DNA from: Setoptus koraiensis
Taxonomy: Eukaryota; Animalia; Arthropoda
Reading direction: 5' to 3'
Assembly: GCA_048013815.1 (NCBI GenBank)
Contig: CM106585.1
Location: 17,112,001 to 17,176,000 of the forward strand
Length of the DNA: 64,000 bases
Part shown: positions 47,167 through 59,416 of the stretch, piece after piece
Layout: each line of letters opens with the position of its first letter
Position numbering within the stretch: the stretch's first letter is position 1
The notes under the pieces: model-generated
Databases searched by the model: none
What the model was told of the DNA's origin: nothing
Seen by the model: the letters and a program-made list of their open reading frames with translations, nothing else
Program-made: the position numbers and the translations under genes

Positions 47167-47599
47167 ATGGCTATGGGTAGGCAGAATGTAGGTATCATAT
47201 AAATGTCAAGCATTAGGCAGTAATCTTTCAAAAACCTTACTAACCTCTTCTGTTCTGTGTTCGTAACATCACTGTCGTTCCAAAATTATCCAGGTTCGCT
47301 TACCGCCTGAAGTTAACAGAATTTTATATGTGAGGAATATCCCTAAAAAAATTAAGGACGATGAGCTTTATGATCTCTTTGGTAAATATGGTGCTGTCAG
47401 ACAGATCAGGTTAGGAACGGCTCCCGAGAACAAAGGCGTCGGGTTTGTTGTCTACGAGGATATATACGATGCAAAAAATGCCTGTGAAGCACTCAACGGA
47501 TTTAACGTTTGCGGTAAATACTTGACTGTATTATATTATCAGCAAAAATCTAAGACTCAAGTGAGAATCATTAAAGAAAAAAAAGAAGTAGAGGAATGA
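47167..47599 (+). CDS. SF3B6: Splicing factor 3B subunit 6 (p14), 2 exons, 108 aa
   Basis: Exon 1 is 47167-47187 (MAMGRQN). A 106-nt GT-AG intron contains TACTAAC. Exon 2 is 47294-47599 ([15 protein letters not shown]...[13 protein letters not shown]). Confidence 0.96.
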
Positions 47600-47823
47600 G
47601 GAGCACAGTAGGAATACAGTAATGTTAAGTAGCAACTTCCTCTTCCAAGCTATTCATGTAAATAAAATATATATCAAGCTCGCGCAAGATTATCAATATA
47701 TATATATTATCGCATTTAAAATTACAGATCATGCGTGTTGGTGCAAAATCAATATGGCTAATACTAATATTGATCCGCAATGAGTGTGATTTATTTCATG
47801 AATTGAATATAAGACATTCTATT

Positions 47824-50800
47824 TCACGTAGCATGAGTCTCTACATCATTAATGGTGATACTTGTCTGGGCTGATTTTGAATTCATTGTAGATGGAGTAC
47901 CCTTAGCAGCCAAGTTATTTCGAGAGTCGCCCTTTATATCTTTGGGTCTTACACCAATGAAACCACTACAATTAGCAGAGTTGCAACGACATTGAGTCTT
48001 TTCGTTACCTCTACAATCTAAGTTATAATTAAATGTAAGTTCTGAGCCTGCAGGAATGTCGTTGATAGCAAATAGTCCAACACGCGTTTGTCCATTAACA
48101 ACCCACTTTTGTGTCTCACAATTAGGCTGGCAGCTATGATTCATAAAACGGGCATGATTGGCTGCAGGTCCAGCATCGATTATGCGCTCCTTGTCAATGG
48201 TGAGAAAATAGAAATTAGTATCTCCTTGCTCCCTCATTAATTCCATTCGACGTTGACACTCAGCCTCGTCAATCAATTCACCAACATATTCAATGACAAA
48301 GTCACCCTTCTTAATATCTTGTGTTGTTCGCAAACCCCATCCGGCATTTTCTGTTCTAAACGGTACACAAACGGCATATTCTCTTTTTCTGAAACGTTGG
48401 TTTCGGCACAAATCTTTGGCGGGACATGTGTCTGGCCGACATTCTAGCATCATAAGTCTATTTAAACATTCGTCAGATCCGCACAAGACTTCACCATCGA
48501 TCTTGCAGTCACATCGGCTAACCTGAGGATCATCAGGTGTGCCCGGCTGTACATTATTTACTGGTCTGTTGGATTTGATCAACTTGAATCTTGGCCTTTC
48601 CAAATTCTTGAGTTTTTCAATGCGTTCGTCCTCTTGCTTTTTGCGCGTGCAGCATTCTTGTCTCGCCTCTACCAATGCATCTTTAAATTGTGCTTTAGAT
48701 GACGTGGATTTGAATTTTCCGTAATCCTTGACGCCGTCTTCCTCCATAAAAAGAAAAACTCTGCCACGGTGACTCCATTGGAAATCATGGGTTCCAAAAA
48801 AATATACAGGAAAGTCACCTCTTTCATGAGGTAATTTCATAATATTTTCAGGTACATGATCAGGATGAGTGATTCTTCCAGGCCACCATCGATATGCACG
48901 GAATTTTATCCATATCACGTCTCCATAATGAAGATGCTTACGTCTTTGACAATCATAACAGAAGAATTGTTCTATCTCTCCGGTCGGTGGAGGCTCTAAA
49001 CAATCAGAATGGAAAGCAGATGGACAGCTTTCACAGCAGATGAGTTTTCCACCCTCATTGCAAGAGAAACACCAAGATACGTTCAAGTGTTTCTCATGTC
49101 GGGTTTCTCGATGAGCTGGGCAAAATACGTAGGATGATGGCATGTCGACAGTTCCTGCGGCTATACAAGACCGGTCGTTATGGAAGGCAGTCGGGCAGCT
49201 TAAGCATCTGACCAGTTGCCTTTTGCTGGGCTTGATACAATTGACATCTCGGGCATTAGGTTGATCCGTGTAGCAACTCAAACAATAATGCAGAGGACAA
49301 GTGAAACTTGTACCAGACTTTATGCTTGCAGGATAACTCGCTGGTTTCAGGCATGACTGATGATAATACTTTCCACAATTTTTATGATTACATTTGAAGC
49401 ATTCGCCTTCAGTAGATTTGCAAACGAAACACGGATGTTTTCCAGTCTTGCACTCTTGGCAAATGAATTCATTGCTGTTATTGTTTGAGCTTTCACTACC
49501 ACCGCATTCGGCATGCATTGTACGGAGACAAGTGCCGCTGCAAAAATAAAAGGGGCCCTTCTCGTCGTGACATATATTACACAACTTATCTAATCTAACA
49601 TCATGCGTATCTAGATCAGATGTAGACGAGGCATCCTCGCTACTTGTCATGTCGTCCATGGTCACCTCGGGCTCACTTGTTTCTCCTCGCATGCGTTTTC
49701 TGGGACTCTCTCCAGTCATTTGTTCTTTAAGATTTGATGTTTCGTTTGATTCTGTAGGAAGCATTGCTGAATTGGCTGAATTTTTTCGGACTGATGATGG
49801 GTTCAGAGAGGGAACACCTAATTTCGGGGTGTCACCTTTTTTAGGTTTCTTGATAGAAATATCTAGAGATTTTTTCTTTGTTTTCAAGTCTTTTGGTGTA
49901 ACAACCGGAGTTTCTTTCTTACTCTTTCCTTTAGGAGTTGGCGTCTTTGCTATCTTAAGCTTAGGAGTTTTAGGTGTTGGTGGTGTTTGGGGAGCATCCA
50001 ATATAGATAGAGGGTTTATTTTCTTCAAAGTGATTTTAGGAGTGGTCTTAGGTTTGGGTGTGCTTTTGGGAGTCTGAGCTTTTCTTTTTTTCGCTGATTC
50101 TTCGGGTTCATCCTCTTCCAGAGAGCTAGGCGGATCTGCCTCTTGCTTAGGAGAGGGAGGAGTAGTATCAAATGATGCATTATGGGTTGGAGAATCTACC
50201 CTCGGTCTTGACCAAATCATGGTGGGTTGACTGTCGTGGACTTCATCTATAGATTCGTCGAAGTTGTAAACATCGCCTGTTCCCTCACTTGATCGTTTGA
50301 TGGAGTCTTTGGTCCTTCTTTGTGGTGTTGAATAAGGTGTGTATGTTTTATCGACAAGTACGTACTCATAGGTGAGCTTCTTCACTCTAGTCTCAGGATC
50401 CCAATTAAGTGCTTGCGTAGCCTCAGCTATAGCGACATCGTGACCTTTCCTCCTAGATTTCGAAATAACTTGTGGTTTTTTAGATTTCGGTATTTCTGGC
50501 CCTTGAAATGGACATGAGCTTCCTGGAAGGGTCCAATTGCGGCCTGGTTGTTCACCAAAGTATTGTACATGATAGACATGTTGCGCTTTGTAGGTGCCAG
50601 CAATTTTCGTGTGTATCTTCTCAATAGGATCCATTGTCACCATACCAGGCCAGTAAGGGTAGCCGGGTATTTTAACCCAGACAAGATCGCCAATGTTAAA
50701 AACATCTTCACCTTTTGAAGCATTAATAGTTGTTAATTCATCTCTAGAGGCAATAGACTTGATATTTTTTGTGGCTGGTATTTCAATCCTAGGTCGTGGT

Positions 50801-50835
50801 TTGGTTTCCAGCGATACTTCTGGAAGATTATTCAT
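47824..50835 (-). CDS. NSD: NSD/Mes-4 family H3K36 methyltransferase, intronless, 1003 aa
   Basis: PWWP (WVKIPGYPYWPG), PHD fingers, second PWWP (KFRAYRWWPG), AWS, SET (RFMNHSCQPNC, ELTFNYN) and post-SET (CRCNSANCSG). Confidence 0.96.
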   Translation of the reverse strand: MNNLPEVSLETKPRPRIEIPATKNIKSIASRDELTTINASKGEDVFNIGDLVWVKIPGYPYWPGMVTMDPIEKIHTKIAGTYKAQHVYHVQYFGEQPGRNWTLPGSSCPFQGPEIPKSKKPQVISKSRRKGHDVAIAEATQALNWDPETRVKKLTYEYVLVDKTYTPYSTPQRRTKDSIKRSSEGTGDVYNFDESIDEVHDSQPTMIWSRPRVDSPTHNASFDTTPPSPKQEADPPSSLEEDEPEESAKKRKAQTPKSTPKPKTTPKITLKKINPLSILDAPQTPPTPKTPKLKIAKTPTPKGKSKKETPVVTPKDLKTKKKSLDISIKKPKKGDTPKLGVPSLNPSSVRKNSANSAMLPTESNETSNLKEQMTGESPRKRMRGETSEPEVTMDDMTSSEDASSTSDLDTHDVRLDKLCNICHDEKGPFYFCSGTCLRTMHAECGGSESSNNNSNEFICQECKTGKHPCFVCKSTEGECFKCNHKNCGKYYHQSCLKPASYPASIKSGTSFTCPLHYCLSCYTDQPNARDVNCIKPSKRQLVRCLSCPTAFHNDRSCIAAGTVDMPSSYVFCPAHRETRHEKHLNVSWCFSCNEGGKLICCESCPSAFHSDCLEPPPTGEIEQFFCYDCQRRKHLHYGDVIWIKFRAYRWWPGRITHPDHVPENIMKLPHERGDFPVYFFGTHDFQWSHRGRVFLFMEEDGVKDYGKFKSTSSKAQFKDALVEARQECCTRKKQEDERIEKLKNLERPRFKLIKSNRPVNNVQPGTPDDPQVSRCDCKIDGEVLCGSDECLNRLMMLECRPDTCPAKDLCRNQRFRKREYAVCVPFRTENAGWGLRTTQDIKKGDFVIEYVGELIDEAECQRRMELMREQGDTNFYFLTIDKERIIDAGPAANHARFMNHSCQPNCETQKWVVNGQTRVGLFAINDIPAGSELTFNYNLDCRGNEKTQCRCNSANCSGFIGVRPKDIKGDSRNNLAAKGTPSTMNSKSAQTSITINDVETHAT

Positions 50836-51671
50836 AATTAAATATTCATTAGATATTATTATTTATGTATATATCTACTAATAATAGTTATATATTATAT
50901 TGATTCGTTGTTAGGACAAGCGTATATCGACAGTGCACTGTGTAGGTGTTGCATGCCAATCTTGAGCCGGCTGTTTGAATTTCTGCTGCTTGTCTGTGTG
51001 ATCGTGCGTGTGTGTGTGTGTGTGCGTGTGTGTGTGTGTGTATTTGTCAGTTTGCGGGCACACAATCGTTCAGTAAATTTTGAACATGAAGACACACACA
51101 CACAGAATAAGGCGGTGTTTTTTGAAGCATGCGCAATGGTTTTAGCGCCCAGTTCAAAAGTTTGTCAAGTGACCAACAGTACAGGGTGCAAATAATTTAG
51201 TGGTGGATGTCATTGGAGAGCTGAAGGATAACTCGCGAGTCTTCTGTGGACTTGAACTATTTATTCATGGATAGCGCTACCAGTACGAGCATTGGTGGAA
51301 ACATTTTCTGTCAGTGTATCTAACCAGCACTTCGAACTTCGGACGGGAAAAAGAGCTTTACATTTTAATTTGGACGCATTTATACTAATTTGTGCTGGTC
51401 AACACGAAAAACGCATTGCACGAGTTATTGCATAACGGATTTGAAATCTTTCACCTGAGGCTACCCTCGACTTAAACTCACTCGAATCTTACAGGAAAGG
51501 AAGTCGTGAGAAGAGTCTGTAAATTTTCTCTAGTTGTCTGCAGGGGCTTGTTTGTCGCGGGTTATAATGTATAAACGCTCATATTTCATTATTGCGACAG
51601 TGAAAGATTTTCTTTTGCGACTCGAGAAAAGAAGTCTCATTTGGTGACCAACGTCTTCATACAGTCAATAG

Positions 51672-51703
<32 letters not shown>

Positions 51704-52245
51704 TATGTAATAAAATGACGACAATTCATCGACCATGTCATGAGCTTGAACTTTCGACTCACTAGTTGAGAATGGCGAATAGCTGTTGAGCATGTTCAAA
51801 TTTGGCAGTGTCGACTCAACACACTCGCAACAACTACTAGTAGTTACGTCAATTTTGTTCATGTTTGTTGCATTGATCTTCAGTTCAACTTTTGAGTCAA
51901 CAACAAATGTTGTGAGATATTACTCACACGGCAAAGAGAAAAAGGGAGCAAAGATTTCATCTGATAGCTTGTAACATTCTTTTATAGACACTATGGATAT
52001 ATTTTGAGACAAGATGCGTTTAAAACAGGCGCTATATTTTACACGCATGCGCGAGAGGCCCGACCCTATTTTGTGTTCATCATCAAAAGCGTCAAACTGA
52101 CTGCTTGTGTGTATCATACACAAACAGGCAAATATTTATACTATAACCTATACATACGACAAAATTAAAGTTACTATCACTATTATCATATAATAGATCA
52201 TCATCCTTATATATTAATCAATTCACCAACGTTGATATATTATAA

Positions 52246-52815
<570 letters not shown>

Positions 52816-52894
52816 AGAGTGACAATTTTATATTATTAAAAAGATATATTATTAAAGATAAGCATCCACATCTATATATATATATATATATACA

Positions 52895-55300
52895 CTAAGG
52901 TTTGCCTAGCATTATCAATAAGATCAAGGACGACCAGCCTGTGAAAGGGTGCGAGCCTTTGCCTTTGCCCGTGAGATCACTGTAATTCTCCCAAATATAA
53001 TTGGTCGAAACATATTGATTACGAACATTATGAATCAGATTATTTTTTAATTCTGTGTATATCTCTTCACTCCTAGCTCGATAAGGCCCCTGTAAATTTG
53101 AGTAATATTCTAAAGATTTGAATAATAGATAATTAACATTAATCCAGACTGCACCACGCCAGTAAGGCGGATCGTGTTCGGTATTATGCTTATTGTAGTA
53201 GATGCTCGTCTTAGATAACGATCTAATGCCGTAATTAGACCATAGCTTATTCTCATCCCTAATATATTCTAGCAGGATTCCAAGTTTTGGGTTTTCAGGC
53301 TCCAGTAATTTCATTATAAGTGGAAACAGAGTAACGTAACCTAGCTCAGGGACGCAACCGAACTCCGGCACTGATTTTACTTTTCGTACCGTTTCATAAA
53401 AGATTTCTTCTCGACCATGACTTTTTCTCTTCTTTTCGATTTTCACCAGTTCTACATTCCGGCTGTTGAGTCCAAAATCACAATACATTCGATGCTCCTC
53501 ACTCCAGTGGAGCTCATCTAAGAGTTGATTATCTCTAAGGAGTTGATGAAATTGGTCGTAACTCCTATATTTGATTTCGTAGCCGAGCTTATCTGATATC
53601 TTAGCCATAGTCCTGGCGAATAATGCCATCCAACATCTAAGATCGATATGATATTCCTCATCACTAGGGTGAGTGGCTCTAGGATAATCATCGAAGCCGG
53701 ATGTCAAAGTTTTGGGATTGAGCATTTGGTCAGACATTTTATCCCTACCTCTCCAACGGAATGACGTAAATAGATCACCAGTCTGGGTCGTGTTGAACCA
53801 GTTAAACCAAGCCTCTAGACGAGGAAACAGTCTCTCTAGACTTGGAATGTCGAGTTCATTCTGATCTACCAAATACTCGATTGGGAGCAACATTGCAGGA
53901 GGATTAGCATTTGAAGTTTTCTGAACAATAAATGGTTCTGGGACTCTACGCAGACTTTCTATACCTAGTATTACTTCTCTGGGAATCCACCCATCAAAAT
54001 TCATTATATCGAACCAAGAATTTATTATCTTCGTTGAGAGACGCGGATCCCATTTGCTAATAAGTATATTGTGAAATCCTTCATCCCATAAGAATCCTCT
54101 GGGGAAGAATGACCTAGAAGGAACTGCCGTGAGTAACTGTATAGGTCCATACGAGAGTACTTCATCTTCATGTTTATCGGAAGATATGTATGATTTTCCA
54201 AAAAAGTATCCTACACTGCCGAGCATATTACTTAAGGCCACATTCGACATTTCAATAAGCTGTGAATCATTCAAAGATTGCTTGTCGAACTTTTGTAAGA
54301 ACAGTTGATTGAATTTAGAATCGAATTCGGTTCTATGTTTGAGAAGTTTTGCATCGAAATCATCGTTATCCCATTCTTCGATACGCAGATTGGTCTGTTG
54401 CGAGAATGTGACGGTGAAACTTGCTTGTGGCTTCAATATCAACTGATATGCAACAAAGTTGGGATCCTCAACAGGTAATTCTTGTAAGCCAGGTATCAAT
54501 TTGTTGCCTGGTAGAATATACAATATCTTCCCTTCGTGCTGAGTTCTTAGAAGATGAGCGTGACTAATATCTGCTAATGAGTATTGCAATTTATTGAAGT
54601 CCAATCTTAAGAAGTTTCCGTAAATGAATTTATCGTGATTCTCTGATATATCGACACTCAAAAGGAAGTTGCCTGTCTCGTTAGAATGACCCGCGACACT
54701 GCAAATATTTATTTTCCCGCTATCGGATTCAATCAAAGTTTGTGAATTAACAACATCAATCCTATCCGTTTTTCGCTCTTTGGTAATGTAATAGATGAAA
54801 GACACGGGTCCTCGATTAACATTATCACTAGTATACTTAACTCTGGCTGACCATTGAAGTGGATTATCCGAATCTCTGATGAATGTTGTCTCCAACCTGA
54901 AATCTTCATCCTCAATCACCTGTTCTCCGAAGTTATGAAAATCGTGCTTGTGCCATGCGTAGGATTTGAGTTTGTCATCTTGTTTGCACAAGTGTCTTAT
55001 GTCTAGCCTGTGATGTGCATTGAGCTTGTTATCGAACCACATAAGGCCAGTCTCCAAACTGAGCGGGGCAGAAAGCTTCTGCCCAAAGTATTGACCACTA
55101 CTGAGGGTACCCCACACGGGACCGTTATCTAACAATTGCTCTAAGGGGAATGTTTCATTATTGAAAGGTTTAGCTTGATTAACTTCACCATTTTCAACCT
55201 CAACTGTGTCTTGTCTGTAATAATTTAGGGAAACAATGTAAGCTAGCAGAGGAACTATGACGCATAGGATATAATGATACTTCCTGCCTGATCGATCCAT
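52895..55300 (-). CDS. MOGS: Mannosyl-oligosaccharide glucosidase (glucosidase I, GH63), intronless
   Basis: N-terminal TM anchor, FFPRGFLWDEGFH, TSGFDDYPR, YWRGAVWIN and WENY...HPFTGW. First ATG is at 55300; the ORF track starts at an upstream GTG. Confidence 0.97.
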   Translation of the reverse strand: MDRSGRKYHYILCVIVPLLAYIVSLNYYRQDTVEVENGEVNQAKPFNNETFPLEQLLDNGPVWGTLSSGQYFGQKLSAPLSLETGLMWFDNKLNAHHRLDIRHLCKQDDKLKSYAWHKHDFHNFGEQVIEDEDFRLETTFIRDSDNPLQWSARVKYTSDNVNRGPVSFIYYITKERKTDRIDVVNSQTLIESDSGKINICSVAGHSNETGNFLLSVDISENHDKFIYGNFLRLDFNKLQYSLADISHAHLLRTQHEGKILYILPGNKLIPGLQELPVEDPNFVAYQLILKPQASFTVTFSQQTNLRIEEWDNDDFDAKLLKHRTEFDSKFNQLFLQKFDKQSLNDSQLIEMSNVALSNMLGSVGYFFGKSYISSDKHEDEVLSYGPIQLLTAVPSRSFFPRGFLWDEGFHNILISKWDPRLSTKIINSWFDIMNFDGWIPREVILGIESLRRVPEPFIVQKTSNANPPAMLLPIEYLVDQNELDIPSLERLFPRLEAWFNWFNTTQTGDLFTSFRWRGRDKMSDQMLNPKTLTSGFDDYPRATHPSDEEYHIDLRCWMALFARTMAKISDKLGYEIKYRSYDQFHQLLRDNQLLDELHWSEEHRMYCDFGLNSRNVELVKIEKKRKSHGREEIFYETVRKVKSVPEFGCVPELGYVTLFPLIMKLLEPENPKLGILLEYIRDENKLWSNYGIRSLSKTSIYYNKHNTEHDPPYWRGAVWINVNYLLFKSLEYYSNLQGPYRARSEEIYTELKNNLIHNVRNQYVSTNYIWENYSDLTGKGKGSHPFTGWSSLILLIMLGKP

Positions 55301-56601
55301 GATAAATATTAACACTGTCTGATTACCAGTTGTTTAATGTCAAGCCGAGGAATTATTTGTCGGTGTCACATTCTCAAATCTAGCTCGGCTGGCATCCAGT
55401 GAAAATGTGTTTGGATGATAATACAGTAGGATATATCTGAATAAACGTGTTCCGAAAATCATCTGTTTTGCATTCTGTCACGCTTGTAGAGTGAAAGCGA
55501 ATTGTTGTGGCTTTTTGAAAAAACGTGAACCTTACATAGTTGCATCACTGTCCGCCAGGTGAGGCCAATGGACGGCTAACATTGGTCTGCTATACAAACT
55601 AATAACAACATTATGGACAACAAAATCGCTTTCGAACAGAATTTTTTTTCTGGTAGAGAGTAACCAAAGGTTTGCATTTATAACGAGCCCACCTAGATTA
55701 TCTAGGCTAGATACGTCTTTTCGAAGCGGGACCTGTCACGTTCCTCTGTGATTCCTCCCCTTTTTGCGGGCTGAGTTCTCATTCGGTGTTTCCCTCTTTC
55801 TCAATGCGCGGGCGCACAAATCTTGTATGCAGATATGGAGAAAGAAGCGACCCCTCTTTACTTGCAAAAATTCTACAGTTTTCCCCGTCTGAAAACAAGA
55901 TTCTACTACACTTCCTGTGAGTTTATTCTCAACTAAAGTTTTTTTCCCTCAAAATATACGGCTGTCGACTATTTCAAGTCGGACAAAAAAACACTTTCGA
56001 GCCGATAGATTGAATTCGATATGAGAATTTTGGGTGGCTTGAGCTAAAAGTCGATATTTTTTCAAGATAGCAGCTCGGAATTATTTGCGATCAACTATTT
56101 ATTCGAGACAGTAAATCTATGCTTCGAGAGTTAAATTCATTCAATAATTGATATTGGTGACTTATTATTGTTCCCAAAACCATGCTGATAACTTGCTCGA
56201 CGCTACGACATTGGCTCATATCTTACATAACAGTGGACCAACCAGCTATCAATGGTAGGAGATCTAGATTTCGTATCAGTATGTATAATATGACAATAAT
56301 TGAGTGATTATCATTTCTCCAACAAAAAAAAGAGCTAAGGTTTATAATTCTATTTAATCTATTGTTTTATCCAGGATGTTTCGCATCCAATATGAATCAA
56401 TCAGTTGTAAATAAAAGTCGGTTATTATGTGAGCATGAAATTCATGAGTTCTGCATAAAAGTTCGATAGCAGGGAAAAAAATAATACTTTGAGCACTCCT
56501 CCGTTGATCAGTCACTTATGACGCAATATTCGACACAATATTTGAGTTCAATGTCTGAGTAAAACGTTGAGTCTATACGAGCGAAGGAAGCGCCAATTTG
56601 G

Positions 56602-58440
56602 TCAAGGTGATAATGCGGACGGCTTATCCACTGGTGCCATCTCTACATCCGGTTCATCTACATCCAATTGCTCGTATCTTTTGTGAGTCGCCAATGATGA
56701 CGGTTGAGTATTTTTCAGATTGCTCGATGTAACTGATGTTCTTTCCAATCTAACATGATCTAATTTTGCAATGACAGCCATGGCTAAAAAAGTTATTAAC
56801 AGTCCCAAAGCTATCAGAATCGTAATACAAGTTACAATTGGTGCCACCTTAGTTATGTAATTTTGCATTACTATTAGTCTTGTGTGTGTATTGTCGTCCA
56901 ATTGCACCTTTGAACTAAGCCACATTTGTGGTATATAATAGTCGCCTAGTTCTGTTTGATTCCAAGGTCTAAAGACATTTGTGTAATTTTTGGTGAATGC
57001 CATTTGCTCTATCACAGGCCTGTAATGAATGTTAAACTGCAGACTAACTTGAGCGCGAACTGGAACATTGAGTGTCGCCTCCAGATCTAAATAGAAGCCG
57101 TGCTCTTCAAAAGTCGGCCTCTTTTGGACGTCAGCGTACTTGATTTTGTCCTTCAAATAGGGAAGAAGTGTTTCGTCTCGATCAGAATACAAAAAATAGG
57201 GAAACGATATGGTGAGTGGACTACCTTTACGACAAGAATATAAATCCATCATACCGTTCGGTGGACAAGTTGATAGTTGTGCCGTCGTTGATCCTGTTGA
57301 CTCTCGACTGTCGAAACAAAAGCATCGTTTTGAATTCAAGTCCGCACTAGGTGTTGTGTAATCAAACGTAAACTCGTTGGCTATATACCTGTCAACTGTG
57401 AGTCCATCGTAGTTTACGCTTCCGTTGAATACTAGCTCGAATGTTCGACAGAGATCGGCCATGAATAAATAAATACTTTGCTGCCCAGGAGTGATGTTGG
57501 TATTGTCGTCATATTGGCCACCTCGCACAAATGAATTCGGTTTAGGTGGATAAAAATCACCCGCCGAGGCATGCATGAATCGATTGCATTGGCTTGCTTC
57601 CGAATCGTTGGTGTTAGACCAAACGCTCAGTTCCGACATGCCATTAAACTCTTGCACTTTTCCAAAGTTGTCAAAATTTTTCGGCACTCCAGTGTGAATT
57701 GTCATCCGACCCGATGAGGTGCCATTTTGAGCATACATCCATCCGAAGCGGTCGACCTCCACTTGGCCAGCCTCTTTGGCTAAAGTAATTAGTTCGTCTT
57801 CGTAACCATCGAACAACAATGAGCTAGTATTATGTCTTCCGAATAGTTGTAAATTATTTTCATTAATAAATCCGTTAGCCATCGAGGCCAGTACTGTATT
57901 CAGAGTAGTTCCCGCTAATGGTAGACTGATGTGATATATTGGCAGATCAAACGAGGAGCTATTGTCACTGCTGTTGGCGTTTAATGTGAGATCTGGCATG
58001 TGAAACCACCGTTTGAATTGATCGTAGCTTACTAATCTGTCGTCGTTCTCGAAGGTTACATTCATTTTTTCACGCTCATGCCTGTAAGTGAATGGGCCAA
58101 CCTCTTGCAAGACAAGTGCAACAACAGGTTGCACAGGTCGAGAGGTATTGTTGGTTTTGTTGATGTTGTCATAATTAGTAATCAGGCTTGCTGCAATCTC
58201 TTCGTAATTAGTAATGTTGTACAAGTAAAATCTATCTATTATTGGCACGGGATTCAGGCGCCACCCTTCGAAGCTTCCGGACTCTCTGCCAATCGATAAT
58301 TCATTCCAAATAGCTTGGCCAATTAAATAGGGAAGGTATAAGTAAGAACCAAGCGCAAGAATCGTGGCTAAAAGTGTCGCTATCGCCAAAATGGCAAAAT
58401 CAATTTTGTTGTTGCCATCTCTCTCTTGTTTGGTGGCCAT
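56602..58440 (-). CDS. CD36 / scavenger receptor class B family protein, intronless, 612 aa
   Basis: N- and C-terminal TM helices, FYLYNITN, LQEVGPFTYR, LLFDGYED, ADLCRTF, CRKGSPLTISFPYFLY and LEATLNVP. Confidence 0.93.
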   Translation of the reverse strand: MATKQERDGNNKIDFAILAIATLLATILALGSYLYLPYLIGQAIWNELSIGRESGSFEGWRLNPVPIIDRFYLYNITNYEEIAASLITNYDNINKTNNTSRPVQPVVALVLQEVGPFTYRHEREKMNVTFENDDRLVSYDQFKRWFHMPDLTLNANSSDNSSSFDLPIYHISLPLAGTTLNTVLASMANGFINENNLQLFGRHNTSSLLFDGYEDELITLAKEAGQVEVDRFGWMYAQNGTSSGRMTIHTGVPKNFDNFGKVQEFNGMSELSVWSNTNDSEASQCNRFMHASAGDFYPPKPNSFVRGGQYDDNTNITPGQQSIYLFMADLCRTFELVFNGSVNYDGLTVDRYIANEFTFDYTTPSADLNSKRCFCFDSRESTGSTTAQLSTCPPNGMMDLYSCRKGSPLTISFPYFLYSDRDETLLPYLKDKIKYADVQKRPTFEEHGFYLDLEATLNVPVRAQVSLQFNIHYRPVIEQMAFTKNYTNVFRPWNQTELGDYYIPQMWLSSKVQLDDNTHTRLIVMQNYITKVAPIVTCITILIALGLLITFLAMAVIAKLDHVRLERTSVTSSNLKNTQPSSLATHKRYEQLDVDEPDVEMAPVDKPSALSP

Positions 58441-59416
58441 AATTTATGTTTTTAGCTGCCCAACTGATTCGATTTAACTGGATAGCACTTGTTGTTTTCA
58501 GACATAGATCAATCGAAAGTTTATTTTTGTCAAATTTCTGAATAATTTTTAAAGATGATCCTACGCCCATCTTTCACTACAAACTAGTGGTAGAAATAAC
58601 TAATATAATTATCAACCGTGAATATGCTTGATTAATGATGGAGCTGATAAGATCACTTGGATACTGTCTCTAACTTGTCTCCATGTGTGGGGAAACAAGT
58701 ATTTGCACGCCTAGACCAGCTAGATGATTCATATTGACTCCAGTTAATATTCTAGCTAATCCATTGTAGCATCTAGTTTTTTTGACTCAGCGAAAGTTGT
58801 CACAAAGCTAAATATGCATGGCAGGCAGTAATGTATAAAATGTTGTCGGATATATCTTGAAAAAGAGAATGAAGGGTTCATGATTGTCTAGTGTGTGACT
58901 ATGTGTGAATACTCACAATCTTTGCTAAATACACCAACAAATAAAAGCCTCTATAGACATCAATACTCAACCAATACTGTAATGCCTCGCCAGCTTAACA
59001 GCGATAGGGCCATTGAGGAAACAGTCATTTTCTATCACCAATTATCATCGTTGGTCATAAGAGTAATCAAAAGTTAAAAGAGGAACCACTTTGAGAGGTA
59101 GGCATACTCTCAAAGAGCTTCTAGATTTCTAGAAAATATCAGCTGCGGCTGAAGTAAAAACGATGAAAGGTTTATTCATTTTATAAAAATATCATTACTT
59201 TCTTTATTTTTATTGTTTTTAATGTTACTATTACTACTGTAATAATAATCAAATAATTGTAATTCTTATTCTTATTTTCTTTTCTGTTTGTTTGGTGGAA
59301 CTTTTTTGTATATAATTATTAATAATATTATTACTAGTACTACCACTATCATACTACGTACGAATATATATATCTATATATATTCGTACTATATATTGAT
59401 TGCGTGATGATGAAAA

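Noticed and set aside
55620-55860. Faint resemblance to RNase MRP RNA or snRNA fragments
   Set aside because: No paired P4 elements or full conserved boxes could be found.
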